Shown here one piece after another: positions 35,501 to 46,193 of a stretch of 64,000 nt of DNA. The position numbers and the translations under genes were made by a program. The stretch is from assembly GCA_026936335.1 (NCBI GenBank), contig JAPMXV010000009.1, positions 1 to 64,000 of the forward strand. Direction: 5' to 3'. Position 1 is the stretch's first letter; every line of letters begins with the position of its first letter. The DNA comes from Mantamonas sphyraenae STR306 (lineage: Eukaryota > Protista > CRuMs). Below the pieces are notes generated by a model. That model searched no databases. It was not told where the DNA came from and saw nothing but the letters and a program-made list of their open reading frames with translations.

Positions 35501-37993
35501 CAAATTGCCCAGCTGAAAATGCTCCGGTTGGGCAGGGAACAGCGCGTGTGTCAACGAGCTCACAGTCAAGTTGTCTGCCATCGAATCGATGGCGTTGCCC
35601 AGATTCCGCGTCAGAAGTCGGATGCCCGAGAAGCGCAGGAACACAGGGTGTTGCACAGGCACACACAGAATGTGCTGCAGCGCGTCGCTTACTGTGCGCT
35701 GCAGCAGCGTGTCCGGCGCAAACGCAATGTACAGAGGGAACGAAACCAGCGCCTCCAGATTGGGCTGACTCAACACCGCTTCCAGCCGCTCCGCGTTGCT
35801 CACAGCCAAGCCGTCCAACGTGACGAGGGCAGGGAACCACGCGCGAATCACGGGGTACCGGTACTGTGCGTTGATGCTCGTCATGTTTTCTGTTTCCAGC
35901 AGCTTCTTGATGCATGGGTTGCCTGCAAAGGTAAAGTGGCGCAGGTGCGCCAGTTCCGACACCGCCGATCGCACCGAGGCCAAGTCCTGCAGCTCGTTGC
36001 CGCCCAGCAGCAATATGCTCAGGTTCGGCAGCTGGAAGGTGCCCGACAGTTCCTTCATCTCGTTCAGCTCCAGGAATAGCTCCTCCAGGCGCGTGCATTC
36101 GTCGAACCACGAGCACTTGACTTTCTTCAGCTTGCAGTTGTTCAAATTCAGGCGGATGAGGTTTGGGAAGCTCGCCAGTTCGCCCTTGTCGAATGAGCCC
36201 AGCGGTTGGTTGGACAGGTCCAACGCACTCATTTCGTGCGGCTGCCCGTTCAACGTGTTCAAGTACTTCTTGTTGATGGTCTTGACTTTGCCCTTCTTCT
36301 CCTTGCTGCGTGCTTTGAGCTCCACCTTGAGCTCGTTCAGGCGAGCCACATAGCTGTGCTCCTGCCCGTCTGCACTGCGTGTGGACCGCGTCTGGCCAAA
36401 CACAGACGCGATGCGACTCCACAGCTCGTCGTCGTGCTTCTTGCCCTTTGTGGCCTTGCTTGCATCTGCCGTGGCCAGCTCGGCGTACACGTCCGCCAAT
36501 GCTTCATCGATGCCCATGGTGGACACAGAGTGGCTCAGATCCAGTGTGCTGCTTGTCCACATTCGCGATCCGGCAACAGATGACGACGACGACGACGACG
36601 ACGACGACGAGCCAACCTCGGCCACGCCACTGCCGTCGTCCAGATCCTCTGCGTGCGGCTGCACAATGGTCACCGGCTCATCGTCCGTATCTGACGACGT
36701 GTGTGTGCTAGACGCCTGTTCCACGCGCCATTGTTGCGTCCCCAGGCTGTGTTCACCCAGTTTGGAGTGCTGAAACGCCAGCTCCTGCTCCGCAAGGTGC
36801 ACATGTGCCCAGCCACGAAGCCGGTAATGCTCGGCGTTGTCTGTGATGTCGATGGCCATGCTAAGATCCATGGCGGCCATACGATAGTCGCCGTTTTCCA
36901 GAAGCAGCCGTCCTCGCGTCGCAAGCTGCTCCGCTGCCGCTTTTTGGCTCAGCGGCTTTGCACGCCCCACTTTCACAAGGTAGCGCTGCCAGGTTATCTC
37001 TGCGATTTCCACGTCGTGCTTCCCAATCACCTTTTCCCCAAGCTCGGGCGTCACAAATGTGGGGCTGTCTGCGTTTGTGCGTTGCAGCTCCAGCGACTCC
37101 AGCAGCAGATCGCGTTCGCTCGCTTCGCTGCACTGGATTGTCTCCGCCACCTGTGGACCCTTGCGACCCATTTCGATGACGTCAAACGTCACATCGTCGT
37201 TGTCCCAGGGGCGGAACTCCTCGATGTCCTCATACCTGAACTGTGATCGTCGCATGTGCGCCAGCCCCAAGGTGTCAGGGCAACCGTTTTTGGCAAATCA
37301 AGTTGTCTGTGCCCACGAGAGGGTTTGCTCAAAGACAATTCACGTTTGCACCCACTCCTGCACGCGCATGCCTCTTGTTCCACACGCGAGACACACCAAC
37401 AACCACATGTGCATGCACAATCTCCCCTCCCCGTGTCTGGTCGCGACACGCGCTACCGTACCACCACACCGCTGGCGCTGAGAACGCGTCCACGACACGC
37501 GCATGATCCGCGACCACAAACTCACCTCCTTGCGATGAGTACCGCCCTCCAGATCCTCCAGCGTGAACATGAGCGGCGCTATGATAAGCATGCGCTGCGT
37601 CAGCTTGTTCTTCTTCACCGTGTGAACCGGCATGCCTGTGATCGGAGGCACCTCGTTCAGCGCTTCCAGGAGCGGGCCTCGCATCACCGGCAGGAACGCA
37701 GCAAGCACCTTGTCGGTGTCATGAGGCAGCTGGTCGCCAAAGTCAGACAGCAACTGTGTTACGTACGGCAGCAGAGACATCGGAATTTCCACATCGACCC
37801 ATTCCTGCGTGGTTTCCAGAAGACCCGACTCGCCCACAAAGGCCAGCAGCTCGTCCACAAGCTCCGGATGCGAACTGTCCCACTTTCGGGTCGACAGCGT
37901 GCGGTACAGCCTCTCTACGGGCACTCGCGGCAGCTGGACGCTCACTTGAACCCCCTGCAACGGGGTGTCCACCAACGTTTGCGTGTTTCCCAT
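26558..37993 (-). CDS. Giant (~3716 aa) scaffold: N-myristoylation-like start, PH-like domain, TPR, LRR+LRRcap, acidic/polyproline linker, long ARM/HEAT array, C-terminal coiled coil
   Basis: Exon 1 37993-37526 (MGNTQT...) splices in phase 0 via GAG|GTGAGT...CACAG|TTC to exon 2 37240-26558, a 10.7 kb open frame. LRR LxxLxLxxN repeats with a YR...FPAL..LDG cap; ARM-like I.E.GG+..L+.LL repeats. Confidence 0.85.
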
Positions 37994-38042
37994 CGTTTGC
38001 GCAGCGACTCTTTGCCACGCCTGGCGCATGCTTCATTCGACC

Positions 38043-41000
38043 TCACAACTCCGTGTCCAGAATCGCCGTCACCACATGGTACTTGATGCCCGCCGCCAGC
38101 GAGTACTTGTTCTGCGAATCTGTGGCAACGCGTTGGTCAATCTCGATGATCCTGCCCAGGATGAACGGCGGCGACTTGTTCTCCAGCGTCGACTCGCTCT
38201 CTTCGCTGAGGTAGTAGTGCGGCGTGTTGCGGCTAAACACTGTGTAGAATCCCTCGCCCGTGCGCTTGCGCTGGAACAGCACAGTGTCGTCAAAGTCAAA
38301 GTCTTCCAGCACCACCGACACACGTTTGTCGTGCGCGTTGCCGCTCGACGAGCTCGACGACGAAGAACCCGAGCCGTTGCTGGATCCCTGTTCGCCCGTG
38401 TTTCCGTTGGCCACCTGCTCCTCGTGCGCGTGCACGTTGCTCACCAGTTGCTGCACCTTGAGCTTCAACTTGTTCCGGAAGTCCTGCTCCTCCACGTTTA
38501 CGTTTACCATGCCCGCAAGCATCGCCAGGTCGTTGTTCATCCCTGCCAGCAGCTCCTCCGTGTCTACTGCCCGCCGCTTTGCCAGCGCAATCTCCACCAT
38601 CTTGTCCTCGCATTCTGCCTCCAGCGACACAATCCTGTTCAGCTGCTTCGCCAGCTGCTCCTGCTTCTGTTGCTCCAACTCCACAATGCGCTGTTTCAGC
38701 GCGTTCACCTCCCTCGCCCCACTCGCCTGTGTGGACGTCGCATTCGCCACCTGCCTCCTTACTTCCGCGAGTTCCTGCCTCAGCAGCTCCGCCTTTGTCT
38801 GCTCCAGCTCCAGCTCTTGTTTCGCATCCTCCAAGGCTGCCCGTTCGTTGCTCAGTTGCGACATCAGCGATTGCTCGCGTGTGCTCGAGTCGTGTGTTTG
38901 GCTCAGCATGCTCTCCAACTCCTGTTTCGTCGACGCCAGCTGCTTGTCCAGAGTGCTCACGCGCGACTTTGCGCTCGCCGCCTCCTGCTTGGCCACCTCC
39001 AGGGCGTCTGCCAGCTCCTGTTGCTCCATCTGTCCGCGTGCTGCTGCCTCCATCTGCTCTCCAACCTCTTTTTCTGTTTCCTTCAGCTTCTGCGTCAAGT
39101 ACTTGTTGCCAGCCTGCTCGTCCACCAGCTGGCTCTTCAGCACTCCCACGTTCTTCTCCAGAGCACTGCGTGTGTTGTTGGCCTCCACCAGCTGCTGTTT
39201 GACCTCCAACAGCTCCTGCCGCACCTTGTCAAGGTTTGCGTTGTTGTGCTTCGTCGCCATGTCCACAGCTTCTTGCAGCGTGTCGATTTCGCTTTGCATC
39301 TTGCTCTTGTCCTTGTTCATGTTGGAGTTGGCCGACGCAAGCACGCCATTCTCGGCCTGCAGCCGCGACACCTCGCCGCTCAGCGACTCTACCTCCTGCC
39401 GTGCACGCTCTTGCTCCTCACGCACCATTGCCTTCAGCTCACGCACCTGTTGTTCCCAGTCCTCGTTCCCCTTGCGCACACCCGCCTGCACGTACGTCGA
39501 ACTGTGCATGTTTTGTGCAGATTCCAGCTCGCTGATCCGCGCCGTGTACATTTCCACCAGCTTGCGCTGCTTGTCCAGTTCGTTTTGAAGCTGGCTCACT
39601 TTGTTGTTCTGAAAGTCGCCCAGCAGCTTCATCGACTGTTCACTCGTGTGCACCAGATCGATGTCCGCAACCTCGTTCGCCAGCACATGCGCTGCAAGAT
39701 GCTCTTTCAGGGTCACATTCTCCAACTCCAGCTGTCGGATGCGCTCTTCAAACGACGCAAACTCCTCGCCCTCCTCCACGTCGTCCTGCTCTCCTGCGGC
39801 GATTCGCGCCTCGCGCACGTCTGCAAACTTGAACTGCAGCCGCTCGTCGATGTCCCCAAACCCGATGATGGGCAGGTCCATGTCCATGTGCGGCACGCTG
39901 ACGTTGACGTAGCCTGGGCGCTGGTTCAGGCCAGGCACAAGGTCCTTCGGCAGGTAGCGCCCGTACTTTTTGAAGAAAAGCTCACGCACAGCCAGTTCCT
40001 CGTCGCGCTGACGCGCAAAGTTTTCTGCCACGTTGCGTGCCGAGGTGCGAAACATGTCGCCAAAGTGCAGGCGGCGAACAACCTCGGCCAGAGTGGCGCG
40101 GTAGGCGCTTGGCAGTTTCGTCACCGTGGCCAACGTCGCAAAGTTGTGCGCAGTGGCACTGATGGTGTGTGAGAACACGTTGATCTTGGACCCAATCTGG
40201 CGCACCTTGGTTTCCAGAGCCACCACCTGCTGCAACGCGCGCTGTACCTCGCGCGACAGCGACGTCTTCTCGCTGGCGATGGTGGCCACGTACTTGTCCA
40301 GCTCGGCGTCAATGTCGCGCATGTCGCGGTTGCCGTTGGCCCAGCTCTGTCTCTTGTCTTGAAAGGCGACCACGGTGGCCTCCAGGTCGATGTCCTCGCT
40401 GTTCGTTTGCAGGTTGAGCTTGGCTTCCTCGATGACACTGCTCAGGTTCTGGAAGTACTTGGCAAACATGTCCTGGATTTCCGCTTGGGCTTGCAGCTGT
40501 CCTTGCACCTGCGAGTCGATGTGCAGCCTCGACGGAGCCAGCGGCAGTTGCCGCAACTCCTCCACTGCCACAAGCAGGTGTTCAAATTCTGCCAACAGTT
40601 GCTGCACGGCTGCAACAAGTTGGTTGTGCTGCTCTGTGCAGTCGGCTGCAAACTCGCGCAGTTCGTCGCACGGGATGCAGTCGGCCAGCGTTCGGCGCGT
40701 GTCTGTGCGCAGCTTGGGGTGAAGCTCAATCTCGGCCAGCTGCCGCATGTCGTCCTCAAACCCTCCAATGACCTCCTCTTGCGACGCGCATTGTACGCCC
40801 CAGTGCTCTGTGAACGAGCTCACCGAGTGCTTCAGCTGCTTCTGGTGCACCACCAGGTTGTCGAACGCGGCCTGAAACGCGCTCACTATCACCCCCTGCT
40901 CCTTCACATACTTCTTGGCCAACTTCACACGGTGCTCCCCGACCAGTACCAGAGGGTTTGCACACGCGAGGTAGTACTCACAGTCGTCACGCATGGCCAG

Positions 41001-41851
41001 CAACGACACCAGACTCTCATTGTTGCGGTACTGACCCAGCGTCTGTGGCAGCGACTGCTTCTTCGTCGGCGCTGGAGTGCGCGCGGATCCCATCGCATTG
41101 TGAGCACACGTGTCAGCAAATCGTGTCGCGTACACCATCTCTTGTGCGAATGTGTGTGCGGGTGCGAGCTTCGCCTGTGTACACCGTGTGCGCAGAGAGA
41201 CGTCCCGGCCGCACTCTCGGAAAATGGCCACGGAATTGCCCTCCAGCAAAGCACGATTCCGCATCCGCCTTGGCAGGCACACACACCACCGCGCTACCAC
41301 TCTTACCTTCATACATGGGTTGCGGCACAGCCACTGCGTTGATGGCCTGTGCGTTGGGCGCAATGTAGCGTCTGTCGTACAGAAAGATGGCGTTGTTCTG
41401 TGTGCGGTCGCACGTGTGAGTTTGCGCTGATCAACCACACCGCCTGCATCCGTCGCTGGTGTGCATGTGGCCTCTCTGCAAGCGCATGCATGCAAATGCG
41501 TATGCATTGCTTCCACCACCTACCTCGTCCGTCACGTAAGCATCCACATGTTTCGACGAGTCCATCTTTGTTCCGTTGCACAGCAACAGCTGCTGGTTCG
41601 CAGGCACCTTCATCTTGTCCGCCAGCGTGCCCTTGAGACCTTGCACACTATGCGAGGCGAGTCCGTCGCCACGAATGAGACCGGGATGCAAGAGATGGAC
41701 ATGCCGCAGCAAAGCAACAGGGTGGAATCGTGTGAGTCAGCCGATGGAAAGTCGCCTCCCGCACGCATGCCCCTACTCACCTGGTTGCTTCGGGCACCTC
41801 TGCCTTGAACGCCTCACCCGTCAGCGCGTTGTACACGATGCAAGTCAGCAT
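38043..41851 (-). CDS. ATG11: Autophagy scaffold ATG11/RB1CC1 (FIP200), 4 exons
   Basis: Exons 41851-41781, 41647-41524, 41397-41307 and 41071-38043. Ubiquitin-like N-terminus (MLTCIVYNALTG...QQLLLCNG...AIFLYDR), LPSAYRATLAEVVRR, long coiled coil, C-terminal Claw domain (DFDFDDTVLF...HYYLSEES...FILGRIIEI...NKYSL..G.KYHVV). Confidence 0.92.
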
Positions 41852-42069
41852 TGTGTCCGTTGCGCGCTGTGGAGGATTTTGTGTGCCGGAGCCGGCGCGT
41901 CCGCCTGCTGATCCATCTCCAAGAACCCCTGCTTGCTGTGCATACAGCCTCGGATCCCTTCATTGCAGTGTCCTTACCTCATCGCACGGCATCAAGATGC
42001 GCTTTGCGAATGCTGCGCCCCCGGCGCCAACAAACCACGCCTCCCACCACAAGCGCAGCCTTTCCCTGC

Positions 42070-44459
42070 ATGCTTTGGTCACTTGATGTGCTCGGCACAT
42101 CCTTGGATGTGTCTCACCTTGCCCTCATTGCCACAGTTGTGTTTCTGCTTGTGCGTGACATCCTCCGTTCCCTGCGCATGCGTCTTGGCGGCACCGTCCC
42201 TGTGCCTCCAGGAGCGCCAGCGTCTTCTGGCCGCGCTTCCAAGCCGCCCAAGTCTCCGTTTGTGGCAAGTTCTCGCACACGCGGCAACTCCACAGGCAGT
42301 GAAGGCGGCACCAGTAGCCGCAGTGGCCGCAGCGATGCCGTTTCCCACGTCACCGCCACCTCTTCGTCCTCTTCTTCGTCCTCTTCCTCCACCATCTCCT
42401 CCTCCTCCCGGGGTAGGAGAGCAAGCAACAGCAGCACGGAATCTTCCGAAGACGACGGCCCGGCCACGGACAAGGCAGTTGTGCCCGTACATAACGTGTC
42501 CTACATCAACACAGAGCGCATCCGCTTCCCAGTCGAGGCCCTCTCTCTCACCTCGGCCAACCACATCGCCGAAGAGCACCGCCTGCAGTGCAACAAACTC
42601 GAAGCGGAGCTGCGTGCGCGAGCCATGCAGGTGCTCCAAAACTGCAAACCCAGTGACCAAGCCATTGCCAAGTTCAACCCCAACGACCTCGTTTACGCCT
42701 ACACGGATCTCATTCTCCTCGGCGAGGCAAGTTGCGCGCCATTTTCCCAAATACGTCCCCCCGCATGTTCGCACCGTGTCTCCACACCATCCTGCCTGTC
42801 TCAGCTGAAGCCAAGCACACCCCAGCACCTCTTGCCCACCTCTTTCTCCCTTTCCACCTGTCGCTGTTTTCCCCCGTCGCCTCAGCAGCTCCCGTGGCCC
42901 GCGAGTCACCGCGCGCGGACCTTTTTCCCCTAAGCGGCACACAAAATGCGCGTGCACCCACCTGCGGGGTCGTCCAGTGCTCTCGTCGCTCACACAAACA
43001 CACGCTCTGTGTCCCCACACTCTGCAATGTGCACACACACAGGGGTTGAACACCAACCACTACGCTGTGCGTCTGCTGATGGAGGCTGGCGTGTTTGCAA
43101 ACAAATACGTGGCTGTTGTCCGCGACATTTTTGAGCGTCACCCAGACGCCGGCTGTCTGGCGAATGTTCTGGGTTTTGCCTCGGGTGATGTCGTCGTCCT
43201 TATGGAGAATGCCGCCGATGTTCCCTTTGCTCGTCTCGTCAATGAGTATGTCAAGAAGGACATCGACTCCGGCACCGCCGAGTTTGGCGACGACTCGGGC
43301 CCTCGTTACGAACTCGTGCAGCACGACGTCAACCTGGCCGAGTACCTCGTCAGCAAGGGCTATCGTATCACAAGAGCACGCGACGTTGAGGACATGCGCC
43401 TCCGCATCACCAATCCGGTCTCGGTGCAGCAGAGCTCGCACCACGTTCTCATGGTCGCCCCCACCGCCTTTGTCAGCAACACCCAGGCATCAACAGACAA
43501 CAGCTTCATGGGAGACACCGTTGGCATGACCAAGGAGCAACTTCAGGCACAGGTGCTCAAGGAATTTGCAGGCCTATACTACGCCATCCGCGAAAAGACT
43601 GGCGTGCAGGTGCGTACACAACATGCAAACTCCCCCCCCCCTTGTCCCCTTTCCCCAAAACCCACCACGCACGTGCACCGGCTCACGCGGCCACCACTGC
43701 ACTCCACAGATCCATTTGTTCACGCACGAGGAGCACCACTCGACTCCCGATGCTGTTTTCCCCAACAACTGGTTCTCCACCCACTCTGATCTCGAGTGTG
43801 AAGAAAACACCATTGTGCTTTATCCCATGAAGGTGCCCAACAGGCGCAAGGAGAGGAGACCGGACTTTCTCAAGCGCCTCGAGGGCTTCAAGCGCTACAC
43901 CCACGTGCTGGATCTCACCCGCCAGGAAAACAAGAAGAACCCAGACTTCCTGGAGGGTACGGGATCGCTGGTCCTCGACCGAATCAACCGTACCGCCTAC
44001 GTGTGCCTCAGCGAGCGAAGCAGCGCCACCTTGGCCAAAAAGTGGGCCCGCCTTATGGGCTACGACCTCGTCCTCTTCAATGCCTACCAGGACGGCAAGC
44101 CCATCTATCATACCAACGTCATGATGGCTATTGGTTGCACCTACGCGGTCGTTTGCGGCGAGAGCATCCACGACGACGCCGAGCGCCACGAGGTGTTTTC
44201 TCGCCTCGAAAAGGCGGGCAAGGAGGTGGTTGACATCACCGCACAGCAGATGCTCTCCTTTTGCGGCAATGTCCTCGAGCTGGAAAACTCCCAGGCCGCG
44301 CCTTGCCTCGTCATGAGCACCCAAAGCTACGAAGCGTTTACCGAGGAGCAGCACGCCATCTTCCGCAAGCACGTCGCAGACATTGTCCATGCCGACATTC
44401 GCACCATTGAGGCTGTTGGAGGCGGCGGAGTGCGCTGCACGCTGGCGCAGCTGATGTAA
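42070..44459 (+). CDS. Amidinotransferase/pentein-family hydrolase similar to bacterial CtlX (citrulline utilisation), with an N-terminal membrane anchor and an extra domain; 3 exons
   Basis: Exons 42070-42726, 43043-43609 and 43710-44459. Motifs VLMVAPTAF..N..ASTDNSF, PDAVFPNNWFSTH, LEGTGSLVLD, IYHTNVMM, FCGNVLEL and IEAVGGGGVRCTLAQL. Start ATG inferred. Confidence 0.85.
42727..43042 (+). other. GC-AG spliceosomal intron
   Basis: GAG|GCAAGT donor, otherwise matching consensus, in phase 0 with the CACAG|GGG acceptor. The nearest GT donor is out of phase. Confidence 0.7.
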
Positions 44460-44476
44460 AACTCGTCACGTCATTC

Positions 44477-45988
44477 TCAGTCGGACAGCGCCTTTGCAAT
44501 GGCTGCCGCCTCGCGCTGCCCGCTCATGAACGCAGAATGCACACATCCATAGTTGTACGGCACTGTGGCCTCTCCAGCAAACCGCAACTGCTCGTGTGTT
44601 CCCACGGGCTGTGCCAACATTTGGAAATCGTCTTGTGTCGTGCCCACAGCCGCGTACGAGTACGAGCCGCACGCAAACGGGTCCCTGTTCCACCGCGTCA
44701 CCTTGTATGCCAGTACCTTGCGACTGCGCACTGTTTCCTGCCCGTACATGGTCTCTAGCGACGCCAGACACTCTTCCAGCGCAGCCTCGTCGTCCAGGAA
44801 TTCGTCGGTGTCCATGTCAGCGTCCACACGGCGCGCACCGTCTCCAGACAGAAAACATAGCAGCACTGGGTATCCGTGAACCTTGTTCTCGCAGTAGAAC
44901 CAGCGCAGGAGCTCGAGTCTGCTGTGGCAGTGGACGATCTGGGCCACGTCCTCATCCCAGAACTGCTCGTCGAAGCGAATGGCCACCTTGTCCAATAGTC
45001 CCATGTTCATGCGCTCTATCGATGCCAGTTTCTCCTCGGGCAGCGCAGGTTCAAACTCCACCAGACCTCGCTTCAGGACACCCAGCGACACTGTGCACAC
45101 AACCACGTCCGCCTCCACAGTGCCATGCTCTGCCGTGTGCACGCGCACGCCCGTGTCTCCATACTCCACTTTGGTCACTGTCACACCCAGACGTACACGC
45201 TCCTCCCCAATGTTGTCCACAAACCAATCCAGGAGCGTTTTGTAGCCGCCCACAAGCGTCTCATCCTCACCCTCCCAGTCGTCGCTGCTCCCACTGTCTT
45301 CGCTGTCACTGTCTTTCTGTGCCTTCTCCTTCGACAGCTGTTCCGCAAACGAGCTGTAGGCGTCGCGCTGACTTGCAGAGATCTCGTGCAGCCGCCCACC
45401 TTCGTAGCCCTCCTCCTGCATCACCTTCCACAGCAACGCACGCTCGTACGCATTGCTCGCTGGTTCGCCACGCGTGAGAAAGCCGAAATCGTCAAACTGA
45501 GCGACACAGTCTGCCAATGTGGTCGCCGGATTGCTGGTCAACTCTTCGTCCAGCCCAAAGAACGAGCTGGCCAGCAAGTACGTCATTTGCGCACGCCCGA
45601 ACGACTCCAAATCCAATTCGCTGCCGTCTTCGTCGCGTATGTCCAGCTTCCACGTCCGCCCTGCGTCGTACTCGTCGTCTTCAAAGACGGGCAGCCCGTT
45701 TCCAAGAATGAACTGGCTCATCGGGTTGAGTTTGCAGAATTCGTGCATCCACTGGCCTCCCAGGTCCACATTACACAATTCATCCTTGTCGCCCTCTTGA
45801 CGCAAATCAGTGGAGCTCCACACACGTCCTCCGACTCGATCTCGCCCTTCCAGGAGTTCCACCTCCACGGCGTCAGCCAGTTCCCCAGTGAGCAGATGGA
45901 ACGCCGTGGACAGTCCCGACACCCCTGCACCAATGACCACAATGCGTTTCCGCTTTCCTTTGCCCTGTGCCAACTCTGAGCTCGACAT
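44477..45988 (-). CDS. Flavin-containing amine oxidase (polyamine oxidase/LSD1 catalytic-domain family)
   Basis: IVVIGAGVSGL, LEGRDRVGGRV, DLGGQW, ADVVVCTVSLGVLK, W..DPFACGSYS, LRFAGEAT and GCVHSAFMSG.REA; no SWIRM domain. Confidence 0.93.
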   Translation of the reverse strand: MSSSELAQGKGKRKRIVVIGAGVSGLSTAFHLLTGELADAVEVELLEGRDRVGGRVWSSTDLRQEGDKDELCNVDLGGQWMHEFCKLNPMSQFILGNGLPVFEDDEYDAGRTWKLDIRDEDGSELDLESFGRAQMTYLLASSFFGLDEELTSNPATTLADCVAQFDDFGFLTRGEPASNAYERALLWKVMQEEGYEGGRLHEISASQRDAYSSFAEQLSKEKAQKDSDSEDSGSSDDWEGEDETLVGGYKTLLDWFVDNIGEERVRLGVTVTKVEYGDTGVRVHTAEHGTVEADVVVCTVSLGVLKRGLVEFEPALPEEKLASIERMNMGLLDKVAIRFDEQFWDEDVAQIVHCHSRLELLRWFYCENKVHGYPVLLCFLSGDGARRVDADMDTDEFLDDEAALEECLASLETMYGQETVRSRKVLAYKVTRWNRDPFACGSYSYAAVGTTQDDFQMLAQPVGTHEQLRFAGEATVPYNYGCVHSAFMSGQREAAAIAKALSD

Positions 45989-46193
45989 GATCTTGGTTGC
46001 GTGTCCCAGCGCGTTCCGGCCACCATCCCCGTCCCTTTGTGTCCCCACACCCTTCCTCCTGTTGCGCACAGGGCATTTCCCGTTCTCTTGCCCTTCCCTC
46101 TCCCATCATCTGCACAACGCATCGCCTCACTCACCTCGAAAGTCTGTCGTCTCCCCGCGCACTTGCCACCAGCACCTCGAACCACACGTCATC

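Noticed and set aside
44477-45988. LSD1 histone demethylase
   Set aside because: No SWIRM or tower domain; only the amine oxidase core is present.
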